This document shows, piece after piece, positions 19,180-28,922 of a stretch of 64,000 nucleotides of DNA. A program made the position numbers and the translations under genes. Origin of the DNA: Planctomycetota bacterium (lineage in GTDB: Bacteria > Planctomycetota > B15-G4 > JADJEK01); the NCBI GenBank assembly GCA_044225365.1, contig JBGAIQ010000003.1:64001-128000 (forward strand). The letters run 5' to 3'. Numbering within the stretch: position 1 is the first letter of the stretch; each line of letters begins with the position of its first letter. The notes below the pieces were generated by a model. The model ran no database searches and was not told where the DNA came from. It was given only the letters and a program-made list of their open reading frames with translations.

Positions 19180-20594
19180 CCTTTGCCCCCGCGGCCTCGT
19201 GACGACGGCGTATCGTCGACGACCGACTGGAGGTGAGCCTCGAGGCGATCGACGTGCTCCTCGAGCGTGAGCGGGATCGGCGCCCTTTCGCGCAAGCGCT
19301 CGATCGCGGCCGGATCCTTCCACAAGTGAGCGAGCTTCACGGCGAGGTCGCGCGCGGAGCCCGCCTTGAACAGCAGGCCATCGACGCCATCGTGGATCGC
19401 TTCGCGCATGCCGCCGATGTCGGACGCGACGATCGGCACCTTCGCGGCCCGCGCTTCCTGGATGATCATCGGGTAGTTCTCGAGCCATACCGACGGCATC
19501 ACCAGCACGTCGATGTCCGCGAACGCCTTGCCGATCGAACTGCGCGGCACCGCGCCCATGAAGCGCACCGGCAGGCCCTCGGCGAGGACGCGGAGTTTCT
19601 CCACGTAATCGGCGTGGTAGTCGCTGCGTCCGTAGATGCGCAATTCACCGTGGCCCTTCAGGTACTTCATCGCTTCGATCGCCACGTGGACGCCCTTGTG
19701 CGACGCGAGCGTCCCGATGAAGCCGAACACGGGCGGGCGACCGGCGAGCGGCTTCTTGGGATGGACGTCGATCTTCGACACGCCGAGCGGGAGGATCTTG
19801 ACGCGTCGCGTGGGCAACCCGAACGACACCATGCGATCGCGCATGATCTTCGACGGCGAGAGGAAGAGCTTCACATGCGGCACGAGCTCGCGAACGGCCT
19901 CTTCGCGATGCTTCAGATGCGCCTCGAGGACGCGCGGAGGCGGCGGTTTGGTGTCGCCCGATTCGTCGACCGGGAGCGCCCCCCCGCCGCGCAGGAAGCG
20001 CCGGCCGCGCCAGGCATCGACGACCGGCGCGAGGTCGAAGCCCGCGACCTCCTTGGTCCAGCGGATCGCGGAGATCATCTTCTTCTCGAAGTTGGTCTGC
20101 GCGAACTTGAAGTCGCTGATGCAGCTCGCGCAACGCGTGGGCTTCGGACCCGGACAGTCGCGTTTGCCGTGCTCCATGAGCTGGCCGAAGCGCGCGCAGT
20201 ACAGCCAGAAGTCATGCAATGTGAGCACCGCGCGAATGCCGCGCTCGGCGCAGATGCGCGGCAACGAGAGCGAGAGCAGCATGAGATGCTGGAAGTGGAC
20301 GATGTCGGGCTTCACGTCGTCGAGGACGCGATGGAATGCGTGCTCGACCGCCGCGTTGTCGAAGGTTTCGTCGAACGACTCGTAGAGCAGGTTGTTGATG
20401 AGGACGTGGCAGGCGAGGCCGTTCTGCTCGCGTCGGACGAGATCGTAGTTGCGGGCCGAGAGCACCTTCTCGGAGAAGAAGACGTGCACCTCGTGGCCGC
20501 GACGCTTCAGCTCTCGCGAGACGGAGTCGGTGTAGACCTCGGTCCCTGCCGAGTGCTTGGGGAGGAAGAAGTGCAGGACCTCGAGGATTCTCAT
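19176..20594 (-). CDS. Glycosyltransferase family 4
   Basis: ATG 20594 (ATGA overlap); MRILEVLHFFLPKHSAGTEVY, FGFIGTLASHKG, PSVWLENYPMIIQEA. Confidence 0.9.
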   Translation of the reverse strand: MRILEVLHFFLPKHSAGTEVYTDSVSRELKRRGHEVHVFFSEKVLSARNYDLVRREQNGLACHVLINNLLYESFDETFDNAAVEHAFHRVLDDVKPDIVHFQHLMLLSLSLPRICAERGIRAVLTLHDFWLYCARFGQLMEHGKRDCPGPKPTRCASCISDFKFAQTNFEKKMISAIRWTKEVAGFDLAPVVDAWRGRRFLRGGGALPVDESGDTKPPPPRVLEAHLKHREEAVRELVPHVKLFLSPSKIMRDRMVSFGLPTRRVKILPLGVSKIDVHPKKPLAGRPPVFGFIGTLASHKGVHVAIEAMKYLKGHGELRIYGRSDYHADYVEKLRVLAEGLPVRFMGAVPRSSIGKAFADIDVLVMPSVWLENYPMIIQEARAAKVPIVASDIGGMREAIHDGVDGLLFKAGSARDLAVKLAHLWKDPAAIERLRERAPIPLTLEEHVDRLEAHLQSVVDDTPSSRGRGGKG

Positions 20595-21583
20595 CCGCGA
20601 TTCTTCGATCGAGCCGGATCGTTTCGACGAACCGAGGCCGTCGAACGCGGCAGATACCTCTCGATGTGAGCCGCCGTCATCGTGACTCCACGTAGTCCGT
20701 CGAGCATGCCACGCAGCTTCGCGAACGCGGCGGCAGGTCGCCGCTTCGAGCAGGCGTTCGCCAGGCAGAGTGGCCAGAGCAGCACATCGTAGACGACGAA
20801 ACCGATCCAACCACGCAGGCTCGAATGCCGCCGCAGATAACGAACCGAATTCGCCGCGTTCATGTACTTGCGAGCGGGAGTGTACCCGCCGCCCGTGGAG
20901 GCTGAAGCATCGTGTACGGCAATCGCATCCGTCACCAGCCGATTCTCGAATCCCGCCTCCGCGATCCGCCGCCCGAACTCGACATCCTCCATGTAGCAGA
21001 AGAAGGACTCGTCGAGACGGCCGACCTTCTCGAGGACCTCGCGTTTCACGAGCAGGGCGCAGCCAGGGAGATAGTCGACGGATTCGGACTCCGAAGAGCG
21101 ACCGTTCAGGATCTCTCCGTTGCCGCGCAATCGACTCACGTTCTCGCGATGCGTGACCTCGCCCCCCGCCGCCCAGATTCGCCGCGGCTGCCCTGCTGTT
21201 CCGGGGAACACGATGATCGGTCCGGTACAACCGACCTTCGGGTCGGCGAGCGAGTGTTCGAGCGCGCCGATGCAGTCGGGATCGACTTCGATGTCGTTGT
21301 TGAGGATGAGGACCGACGCGCCTCCGAGAGCGAGCGCTCTTTCGACGCCGAGGTTGTTTCCGCCGGCGTAGCCCAGATTGGCCCTCGCCTCGAGGATCTC
21401 GAAACCGAGCGCGGGAAGTCGCGCCGATCGCAGGCGCGCGAGCGAGTCGTCGTCCGAGCCGTTGTCGACGACGATGACATGATCCGGTGCGCGGCGCGAC
21501 GCCGCGAGCGAGGTCAGGCAACGGAGCGTCATCTCCGCTCCGTTCCAGTTCACGATCACGACGGCGAGCTTCGAGGACGGCAT
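20591..21583 (-). CDS. Glycosyltransferase family 2 (WbbL-like)
   Basis: VVIVNWNG, VVDNGSDD, NLGYAGGNN, ILNND, GCALLV, YMEDVE. Confidence 0.9.
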   Translation of the reverse strand: MPSSKLAVVIVNWNGAEMTLRCLTSLAASRRAPDHVIVVDNGSDDDSLARLRSARLPALGFEILEARANLGYAGGNNLGVERALALGGASVLILNNDIEVDPDCIGALEHSLADPKVGCTGPIIVFPGTAGQPRRIWAAGGEVTHRENVSRLRGNGEILNGRSSESESVDYLPGCALLVKREVLEKVGRLDESFFCYMEDVEFGRRIAEAGFENRLVTDAIAVHDASASTGGGYTPARKYMNAANSVRYLRRHSSLRGWIGFVVYDVLLWPLCLANACSKRRPAAAFAKLRGMLDGLRGVTMTAAHIERYLPRSTASVRRNDPARSKNRG

Positions 21584-21662
21584 GGGCAGTCGAATGTTAC
21601 CCCGCCGAACGGACGACGCGAGATTCGGCAGGGGATTGCGCAGAGGGAATCCGCGAGAGGAT

Positions 21663-22754
21663 CTACTTGCTCTCGGGGGGCGGCTCGGGGGTGGCGCCGC
21701 TCGCCGGCACCGTCATGGGGAGGCTCCTCGCGATCGAATAAGCGACCCAGAGGTGGCCGATCTCCGACAGGTTCTCGCGCTCGGCGAAGAGCGCGGCCTT
21801 CGCGGCCTTGACGTCCGGCACGCGGAACTCCGCGCAACTCCTCTCGAACTCGTGCGGAAGATCGATCCGTGGCACGACCGCGTCCCGCGCGACACTCTCG
21901 AGACGCGCCATGTACTCCGCGTGTCTCGAGGAATTCGGGAGTGCATCGTTCCAAACCGGCACGACGAGGATGGGCCGGCCCCCGAAGCTCCGCACCTGCG
22001 CGATCAGTCGAAGGAGATCTTCGGTGAATTCGTCGAGCGAGACGCGCGGTCGGCCGTCGAGGGTTTCAGGAGCCTCGAAGCGAAGGCCCAGCGCCGTCGC
22101 GACCGCCCGCACCACCGTGAGATGACGCCACCCGTCGAGACGCAACCAGGACGGCTGGTCAGCCCGTCTCATGAGTTCTCGGTCCGATTCCCCGTGCGAT
22201 CGGACCTCGCCCTCGGACTCCCCGCTGAACGCGATGAGAACGATGTCCAATTTCAACGTCGGTGCGAACTGGAGGAATCGCGGAATGGCCTGCGTGATGG
22301 AATGGCCGGGCACGGCGAGATCGAATGCCTCGAAATCGGGGATCGACTTTCGCGTGGCCGCCTCCAGCCTTCGCGTCCAGGTCGCCTTGTCCTTTTGCAG
22401 CGCGCCGAACGCCTGCGTATCGCCGAGGACGGCGATACGCGGTCCGGTCTTCTCGTCTCGCGGCAGCGGACCGCGGAAACCGAGCGCGTTCACGAATTCC
22501 TGATCCCATCCGAGCGGCCGCTTCGGAATCGGGCTCCACAGGCAGTTGCGGTCCTTTCCGAGGATCCCGAACTTCTCGAGTCGCGAGACGTCCGGGTTGC
22601 GATCGAGCAGACCGCCGTCCGGACGACGGGGCGGATCGACCCCGAATCCCACGAGCAGGAAATTCAGCACCGGGACGCCCACGACCGCGGTCACGACGAC
22701 CACCGCGAGGGACGCACGACCGATGCGTGCGAGCAGTCTCTTGATCTGCGTCAT
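21663..22754 (-). CDS. Membrane-anchored SGNH/GDSL-fold protein with degenerate catalytic motifs
   Basis: ATG 22754 (ATGA overlap); N-terminal TM; VNALGFRG...RIAVLGDTQAFG; C-terminal ERENLSEIGH where DxxHP is expected. Confidence 0.7.
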   Translation of the reverse strand: MTQIKRLLARIGRASLAVVVVTAVVGVPVLNFLLVGFGVDPPRRPDGGLLDRNPDVSRLEKFGILGKDRNCLWSPIPKRPLGWDQEFVNALGFRGPLPRDEKTGPRIAVLGDTQAFGALQKDKATWTRRLEAATRKSIPDFEAFDLAVPGHSITQAIPRFLQFAPTLKLDIVLIAFSGESEGEVRSHGESDRELMRRADQPSWLRLDGWRHLTVVRAVATALGLRFEAPETLDGRPRVSLDEFTEDLLRLIAQVRSFGGRPILVVPVWNDALPNSSRHAEYMARLESVARDAVVPRIDLPHEFERSCAEFRVPDVKAAKAALFAERENLSEIGHLWVAYSIARSLPMTVPASGATPEPPPESK

Positions 22755-23872
22755 CTCGCCGCTCCCCGCCGGTTCCAGTGCAAGCGCTCGATGGCTTCGA
22801 GCAGGAGTTGCGAATACAGCGCGTGTCCTTCTTTCGACGGATGATACGAGTCGACGAAGAGCTTCGATCCGCGGGGATCGATGACGAGAGCGGGATCGGC
22901 GAGGTCGCGCCTGCGGAATTCGTCGAGGACGTCGACGCTCGGGAGACCGAGCCGCGCGACCACCTTGCGCAGGCGATTCGAGTATTCGACGAGGGTCGGG
23001 ATTCCGAACTCCGCATCGCCCCGCCGCGGAGGGATGACCACGAGCAATTTGGCCCCGTTCCTCTCGGTCTCCTTCGCGAGCTCTTCGATCAACGACTCGA
23101 ATTCGTCGACGGACACCCGACGGAGGGACGGGAGGGGCGCGATCGCGCCGGGTGTCGCGTCCACCTCCGCGGGGGCCGTGTTCGAGAACAGCGCCTCGAG
23201 GCCGCGAACGCTGGAGTAACGCTCGACCCACCGGAGCACCCTCCGTGCGGGCTGCGACAGAAGGGCGATCTTCTTGCGATCGGAGAGGTCGCCCGGCGCG
23301 GCCCAGTGCTCGTTCACGGCGCCCACCGCGACGATCACGATGTCCGGCTTCCACTGCACGCCCTTGCCTTCGTAGAGCGCAACGGCCTGCGCCGCGGAGT
23401 AACCGATGCATCCGAGATTGACGACCTCGGCCGGCGTTCCACGTTCCTTCAGAAGCGCTTCGAGGCGACGCGAGAAGCACTCTTCATCGCGCACCCCCAA
23501 TCCGAACGTCGAACTGTCCCCGAGCGTGACGATGCGAAGAGCGTCTCCCCGCTCCTTCGGCGTACGACGGCCACGCTGACAATCCTCGTTGACGAGATCG
23601 CCCTCGAACACGGCGCCGGGCCGCGGCTCCCACAACCACCGTCGATCCTCGCGGAACGATCCCGAAGGGCTCTCGAGGTCCTCGTCCTGTTGAGTGTTCC
23701 AGATCTCGATCGGCACGGGCCGCGCCGGCGCGACATCGAGCCATTCGACCGCGGTCTCGATCAGCGCGAGCGGCCAGATCACGAGGAGGGCGCGGAAGAA
23801 GATCGAGCGGAAGCGCCGAAGCACCGACCGAGGGCCGGAGGCTGCGGATTCACGATCGTCGTTCGTCTTCAC
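22751..23872 (-). CDS. Membrane-anchored SGNH/GDSL hydrolase or acyltransferase
   Basis: IVTLGDSSTFG (block I), NLGCIGYS (II), GAVNE (III), DSYHPSKEGH (V). Confidence 0.85.
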   Translation of the reverse strand: MKTNDDRESAASGPRSVLRRFRSIFFRALLVIWPLALIETAVEWLDVAPARPVPIEIWNTQQDEDLESPSGSFREDRRWLWEPRPGAVFEGDLVNEDCQRGRRTPKERGDALRIVTLGDSSTFGLGVRDEECFSRRLEALLKERGTPAEVVNLGCIGYSAAQAVALYEGKGVQWKPDIVIVAVGAVNEHWAAPGDLSDRKKIALLSQPARRVLRWVERYSSVRGLEALFSNTAPAEVDATPGAIAPLPSLRRVSVDEFESLIEELAKETERNGAKLLVVIPPRRGDAEFGIPTLVEYSNRLRKVVARLGLPSVDVLDEFRRRDLADPALVIDPRGSKLFVDSYHPSKEGHALYSQLLLEAIERLHWNRRGAAR

Positions 23873-23997
23873 CGGGAGTCGTTTCCGTGGGGTTTACCGA
23901 TCGGCTTCCAGCTCTTTTCCTAGAAGCGCCCTGCGGCATGAAAACGGAGATTCCTCGAACTCACCAACGCGGAAACTCCGGTTTCCGCGGCGCTTCG

Positions 23998-25080
23998 TCA
24001 ACCCGCGAAGGCGCGTGCGACCTTCCACCATATCCGAAGGACGAGCGACAGCGCCCGCTCCATGAACGGCGCGACCGCTCCGCGTTCGATTCGCGGGGAG
24101 AACGTCAGATCCGGAGCCTTCAACAGACTTCGATCCGTGACCTTGCGAAACGCCGCGACGCGACGCCGCTCTCGCTTCACATGCGGCCAACTTCGCAGGA
24201 GCGAAGACTTGGCCTCGACGTAGTCGCGCAGTGCACCCTGCTTCCACGCGAAGACGACATAGGCGATTCCGAGCAAGAGCACGCCGGGCAGGGCAACGAC
24301 GATCGTGCGGAATCGATAGCACTTCAGCACGACGAGCCAGCGATTGCGGGAGTGCAACCAGAGCCTTCGCGCGGGATAGCGCGAGCCGCCGCGGAACGAG
24401 ATCCCAGCCGTGCCCGAGCGATGCTCGACGAGCGCATCGTGGACGCTCCGAATGCGGTACGCCGCGAGCCGCAATCGGTACGAGAGATCGTGGTCCTCGA
24501 ACAGGATGAAGAAGGTCTCGTCGTAGCCACCGACCTCGAGGAGACGATCTCGATCGACGAGCGCCGCGAGCGAAATGAATGCGTCGACGTCTTCGGTGAC
24601 GTTGCGACACTCGGCACGCGGCTTGAAGAAGTGCCGCAGCGCCATCACGCCGGCGTAGTGGAACGACCCGCCGTCGTAGTGGACGAAGTCTGGATTCGCC
24701 GCATCGACCGCTCGCGGCGAGACGACGGCGATGTCGTCGCCACCTTGCATCTCGCGAAGCAACTTCGCCACGCAGTCGCTGCGCACGACGACGTCGCTGT
24801 CGACCTGGAAGACGAGTCGATTCCTCGCCTCGCGGAGTCCGGCGTTGCGCGCGGGACACGGCCCGGCATTCGTTCCCATTCGAACGAGCCGGACGGCAGG
24901 GAACTCGCGCTCGACGATCGCGCAGGTCTCGTCGGTGGACGCGTTGTCGACGACGACGATCTCGTCGATCACGACTCCCTCGATCCGTCGCAACGACTCG
25001 AGGCAGTCGCGAATGTCCCCCGCGGCGTTGAACGTCGTGACGGTCGCAGTGATCGTGCTCGGCCTGGATCCTTCCGTCAT
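23998..25080 (-). CDS. Glycosyltransferase family 2
   Basis: ATG 25080 (ATGA overlap); VVDNASTD, GPCPARNAG, QVDSD, GGYDE, FEDHDLSYR. Confidence 0.88.
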   Translation of the reverse strand: MTEGSRPSTITATVTTFNAAGDIRDCLESLRRIEGVVIDEIVVVDNASTDETCAIVEREFPAVRLVRMGTNAGPCPARNAGLREARNRLVFQVDSDVVVRSDCVAKLLREMQGGDDIAVVSPRAVDAANPDFVHYDGGSFHYAGVMALRHFFKPRAECRNVTEDVDAFISLAALVDRDRLLEVGGYDETFFILFEDHDLSYRLRLAAYRIRSVHDALVEHRSGTAGISFRGGSRYPARRLWLHSRNRWLVVLKCYRFRTIVVALPGVLLLGIAYVVFAWKQGALRDYVEAKSSLLRSWPHVKRERRRVAAFRKVTDRSLLKAPDLTFSPRIERGAVAPFMERALSLVLRIWWKVARAFAG

Positions 25081-26795
25081 ACAGGCGCAGTGAAGTCCGG
25101 CGCGCGACAGACCCGCCGGCGCTTCAGACAGTAGGGAAGCATGAGGAGGGCGTCGAACGTCGCCTTGATCGCGATGCGGAGACCGCCCTCCGTCTCCTTG
25201 ATCGAACGGTCGATGCCGATGGTGCCGGTGGCGTCGCTCGCGTAGGCCTTGCCCTTTCGCAGCCCGAGTCCCTTCATGCCGAGCACCCAGCCGGCGCGAA
25301 TCACCTCGCTCCACGCGCAGTACTTGAAGGCGTAGAGCCAGAAATTGCGCACGTGGTAGTACAGCGAGCGCTTGCCGCCCTTCATCCCGAAAGGCGTCTT
25401 GTGGAAGATCTCGGCCTTCGGAAACTGCAGGACGCGGTATCCGAGGTTGAGGACTCGCGCCGTGAGATCACGCTCGTTGCCGTAGATGAAGAACGCTTCG
25501 TCGTAGTACTCGGCGCGCTTCAAGACGTCGCTCCGGGCGAGCGTGCCGCAGCCGCGGAAGGTCGCCATGTAGCGTTCGCGGTTCACGGCCTCGCCGCGCA
25601 GGAACTCCTCGGGCATGCCGGGTTCGACGACCTTGCTGCTCACCATGGCCGTCGTTTCGGGTTCCATTCGCATGCGCTCGTAGAGCTTTTCGAGCCAGTC
25701 CGGCGGCGCAACGACGTCGTCGTCCATGATCGCCGTGAACGGTTGCGTCGCGGCCTTGAATCCGATGTTGAACGTCTCGCACGCGCCGAGCTTGTCGTGC
25801 GGCATCACGATGAGCTTCACGTCGGGGAACTCGCGACGGATCATCGCGACGGTGTCGTCCTTCGACGCGTTGTCGACGACGACGATCTCGGCGGGCGCTC
25901 GCGTCTGCCGTTTCAGACCGAGCAGATTCTCTCGGACGTCTGCCGATTTGTTCCAGGTCGAGATGACGCACGAGATCGGGAGTGGCGGTTGGCTGTCGGC
26001 GGTTGGCGCTTGGCTCGCATCCAACGGTGTCGGATTGGAACCGATCTCCACCGCGCGTCGCGCGAGCGCTTCGTTGGCCGCGAGCCAGTCGGGGAGAGCG
26101 GACGATGGCAGGTCGAAGTAGCCCTCGGCCGCGTCGACGCCGACGATGTCGACGTTGACCGTTCGCGCCCGATGGCCCGTGATCGTCTTGCCCGTGATGT
26201 CGAGCGCGCCGTGCTGCGATTCGAAACATCGCAGCGCCTTCTCCTTCGTTCCGAGCAGCGACGTGATGTCGAGGAGATAGCTGCCGATCTGCTGTTGATT
26301 GACTTCGTAGAGGATGACGTGCGGCGAGAGCGCGCTGCCGCGCAGCGCGTTGGCGAGGAGGTGCGCGGTCGCACGATGATCGGGGTGGTGTTCGAGCGGC
26401 GACGGTGCGTAGACGATGTCCGGCTTCAGGGTTTCGAGGAGTCCTGCGAGACCGGAGACGAACGCACCCTCGGGTCGCAGTGCGCCGTCGGGGAAGTCGA
26501 GGCTCCGCAGGTTCGTCACTCCGAGCACGGCGAGCGCGCGCTCCGATTCGGTCCGCCGGAGTTTGCGAATCCGCTCGCGGTCCTTCGCGTCCTTCGCCCC
26601 GCCGGCGCCATCGGTCACGTGGACGACCGTCACGACGTCACCGCGAGCGGCGTGCATCGCGAGCGCGCCGCCGCAGCCGATCACTTCGTCGTCGGGATGC
26701 GGCGCGAGACAGACGATGACCCCGCCTCGCACTGCAGCGAAAGGCTTGAGGGGCAGGAACCGAAAGCTCGGGTCGAATGCAGCAGGTTTCGTCAC
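25077..26795 (-). CDS. PIG-L family de-N-acetylase fused to a GT2 glycosyltransferase
   Basis: N-terminal LAPHPDDEVIGCGG...RRTE...HPDH; C-terminal ISTWN, VVDNASKD, IMDDD, YGNERDL. Start uncertain (GTG 26795). Confidence 0.87.
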   Translation of the reverse strand: MTKPAAFDPSFRFLPLKPFAAVRGGVIVCLAPHPDDEVIGCGGALAMHAARGDVVTVVHVTDGAGGAKDAKDRERIRKLRRTESERALAVLGVTNLRSLDFPDGALRPEGAFVSGLAGLLETLKPDIVYAPSPLEHHPDHRATAHLLANALRGSALSPHVILYEVNQQQIGSYLLDITSLLGTKEKALRCFESQHGALDITGKTITGHRARTVNVDIVGVDAAEGYFDLPSSALPDWLAANEALARRAVEIGSNPTPLDASQAPTADSQPPLPISCVISTWNKSADVRENLLGLKRQTRAPAEIVVVDNASKDDTVAMIRREFPDVKLIVMPHDKLGACETFNIGFKAATQPFTAIMDDDVVAPPDWLEKLYERMRMEPETTAMVSSKVVEPGMPEEFLRGEAVNRERYMATFRGCGTLARSDVLKRAEYYDEAFFIYGNERDLTARVLNLGYRVLQFPKAEIFHKTPFGMKGGKRSLYYHVRNFWLYAFKYCAWSEVIRAGWVLGMKGLGLRKGKAYASDATGTIGIDRSIKETEGGLRIAIKATFDALLMLPYCLKRRRVCRAPDFTAPV

Positions 26796-26883
26796 GCGAG
26801 GCGATACGCAGGAGTTACGGGGGCGGGATCGTACCGAACGACTCCGAACCTTAACATCGACGCTCGAAAGGCTCCGAATCAAG

Positions 26884-28377
26884 ATGCGAAGGAATCTCAC
26901 GAGCGTCAGGGGATGGCGCGGGTTCGGCGGCGGGGTGGTGCTCGGCTGCGTTTTGGGCGTCGTGGCGATGCTGGCATTGGGACGCGGTCGCACGGCGGAT
27001 TCGCAAACGCGCGACGAGACGCGTGAGGTCGCTCCGAACCGCGCATCGCTCGAGAGTGCTGCTTCGGAGCCGGGGGCCGGAAACGCAGACTCCGACCGTT
27101 CTGCGGTCGCTCGGTCCCGGTCCGCGGAAACTCCCGATCGACGCGGAGTCGATTCGATCCCCGATGCCGTGATCCCCGATGCGATGATCCGTGGTCATCT
27201 CGTCGCCCGCGACGGCCGTCCGATCGAGGGCGCGCGAATCCTCGCGATTCCCACGAGGATCGCGGCGATGGAGAACCCGTCGCTCGGCACCTCGGTCGCC
27301 ACTCATGCGACGCCGGAGGAGGGCGGCAGCATCGCGCTCACCCGCCACGGAGGCGCCTTTGGCGTGTTTGGGCTCGAGAGCGGGGTCGACTACGCGCTCT
27401 TCGTCGACGTGCCCGACTCTCGCCGACTCGTCGATCTCTCCGGCCCCGTTCGCGCGGGGATGTGCACGGCGCCGGCGAGCAGGGTCGAACTCGTCGATCC
27501 GACCCACCTTCTCATCGTGAGCCTCGACCTCGACTCGGAACTTTCGAAGATCGTCGAGTCGAATCCGGGTGCTTTCGCACAGGGACAATTGCTGCGACCG
27601 CCGCCTTTCTCCGCGATCGCCCGCTTCACCGTTCCGCTGCGGAGCGAACTCGTCTGCCGCGTTCCCGCCGACCTTCCTCTCACGCTTCAGCTGCGGGGCG
27701 ATGAGATCCGTCCGTGGGAGATGCACGATGTGATCGTCGCTGCAGCGGAGGCCGAACATTTCTCGCGCGCGAATCTCTCGGGATGGGGCCAGGGGAACGC
27801 GGTCTTCCTCACGTTGCGCGACGACATGGGAAACCCTCTCGAACGCGCCGCGATCACGCTCGTTCCCGGACGCGACGTACCGCCGATCCCATATACGAGT
27901 TCGCCTCGGGTGACCGAGACGCGCCAGATCGTGCTCGATCGAGGCGGCTATTCGGAAGCGAATGTTGCGCCGGGCTCGTGCACCGTGTTCGTCACTCCGC
28001 CCACGGCGTCCGGTCTCGCGCCGCTCCGCGCCACGATCGAGGTGGCGGCGAGCGGGGAGACGCGCGCGGAATGGAGTCTCGTCCGGGGCGGGAATTTCCG
28101 GATCGATCTCCCTGCGGCGGTCCATTCCCAGTTGAAGTCGATCGCGGTCGTGCTCGATCGACCGGGTGATCCGTCCGCACCGATCTGGCTCACCGATGAG
28201 AACGGCGGAGGGTCGTCGTCGGGTTCCTACGTGCCGGCGAGTCCAACGGTCATGTTCGCCTCGCATCCCGTTCCTCCGGGCAACTACGCGGTGATCTTCG
28301 TGATGGCGGGAGAGGGGCCGGCGCGAGTTCCCTTTCGCGTCGTTGCGGGCGAGGTCGTGCCCGTCGCGCTGCGCTGA
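26884..28377 (+). CDS. Membrane-anchored protein with carboxypeptidase-regulatory-like (Ig/prealbumin-like) domains
   Basis: N-terminal TM (GVVLGCVLGVVAMLAL), low-complexity linker, IRGHLVARDGRPIEGARI, LRDDMGNPLERAAI, VPPGNY. Confidence 0.7.
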   Translation: MRRNLTSVRGWRGFGGGVVLGCVLGVVAMLALGRGRTADSQTRDETREVAPNRASLESAASEPGAGNADSDRSAVARSRSAETPDRRGVDSIPDAVIPDAMIRGHLVARDGRPIEGARILAIPTRIAAMENPSLGTSVATHATPEEGGSIALTRHGGAFGVFGLESGVDYALFVDVPDSRRLVDLSGPVRAGMCTAPASRVELVDPTHLLIVSLDLDSELSKIVESNPGAFAQGQLLRPPPFSAIARFTVPLRSELVCRVPADLPLTLQLRGDEIRPWEMHDVIVAAAEAEHFSRANLSGWGQGNAVFLTLRDDMGNPLERAAITLVPGRDVPPIPYTSSPRVTETRQIVLDRGGYSEANVAPGSCTVFVTPPTASGLAPLRATIEVAASGETRAEWSLVRGGNFRIDLPAAVHSQLKSIAVVLDRPGDPSAPIWLTDENGGGSSSGSYVPASPTVMFASHPVPPGNYAVIFVMAGEGPARVPFRVVAGEVVPVALR

Positions 28378-28556
28378 CTCGAGCGGGGCGCAGCTCCGAG
28401 GTCGAGTTCGAGTTCCTGGTTGTGGGATTTTTAGTTCTCTTTCGAGTCATTTCTCGACGAAATGAGATGCAAAAATCTCGTCTTCGCCCGCCCGGAGGTG
28501 ATTCGACCTCGAATTGCTGGACTTCGCGCTCGGAAACGGATCGAATAGGGCCAACA

Positions 28557-28574
28557 TGGGATTCGTAGATCCCA
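28557..28574. promoter_or_regulatory. Candidate HipB autoregulatory operator
   Basis: Perfect palindrome TGGGAT-N6-ATCCCA about 20 bp upstream of the HTH gene; a degenerate second copy TGGGAT-TTTTAG-TTCTCT at 28423-28440 in an AT-richer intergenic stretch. Confidence 0.55.
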
Positions 28575-28595
28575 CAAGAAGGATTATTGCATCAT

Positions 28596-28922
28596 ATGAG
28601 CCTCATAAGTCCCCTGCTCACCGACATCGAGATCGGTGAAGAGCTCGGAGGCCGCCTGCGCGCGCTTCGCAAAGCCCGGAAGCTCGAGATCCAGGCGGTG
28701 GCAAAGGCCACCGGGCTCTCGAGGCGGACGGTCTATCGCGCCGAACTCGGCGACAACCCGACGCTCATCACCCTGTTGCGGCTCCTGCGACTGTACGGGC
28801 GACTCGGAGATCTCGACATCTTGTTGAGGCCGCCCGAAGTCTCCCCCATGGCGATCCTGGACGCATCGAAGACCCGCGCGCGCAAGACGAACCGCACCGC
28901 CGAAGGTCGCCCGAATCCATGA
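28596..28922 (+). CDS. hipB: XRE/Cro-type HTH protein, HipB-like antitoxin
   Basis: LGGRLRALRKARKLEIQAVAKATGLSRRTVYRAELGDNPTLITLLRLL; ATGA-coupled to hipA. Confidence 0.8.
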   Translation: MSLISPLLTDIEIGEELGGRLRALRKARKLEIQAVAKATGLSRRTVYRAELGDNPTLITLLRLLRLYGRLGDLDILLRPPEVSPMAILDASKTRARKTNRTAEGRPNP

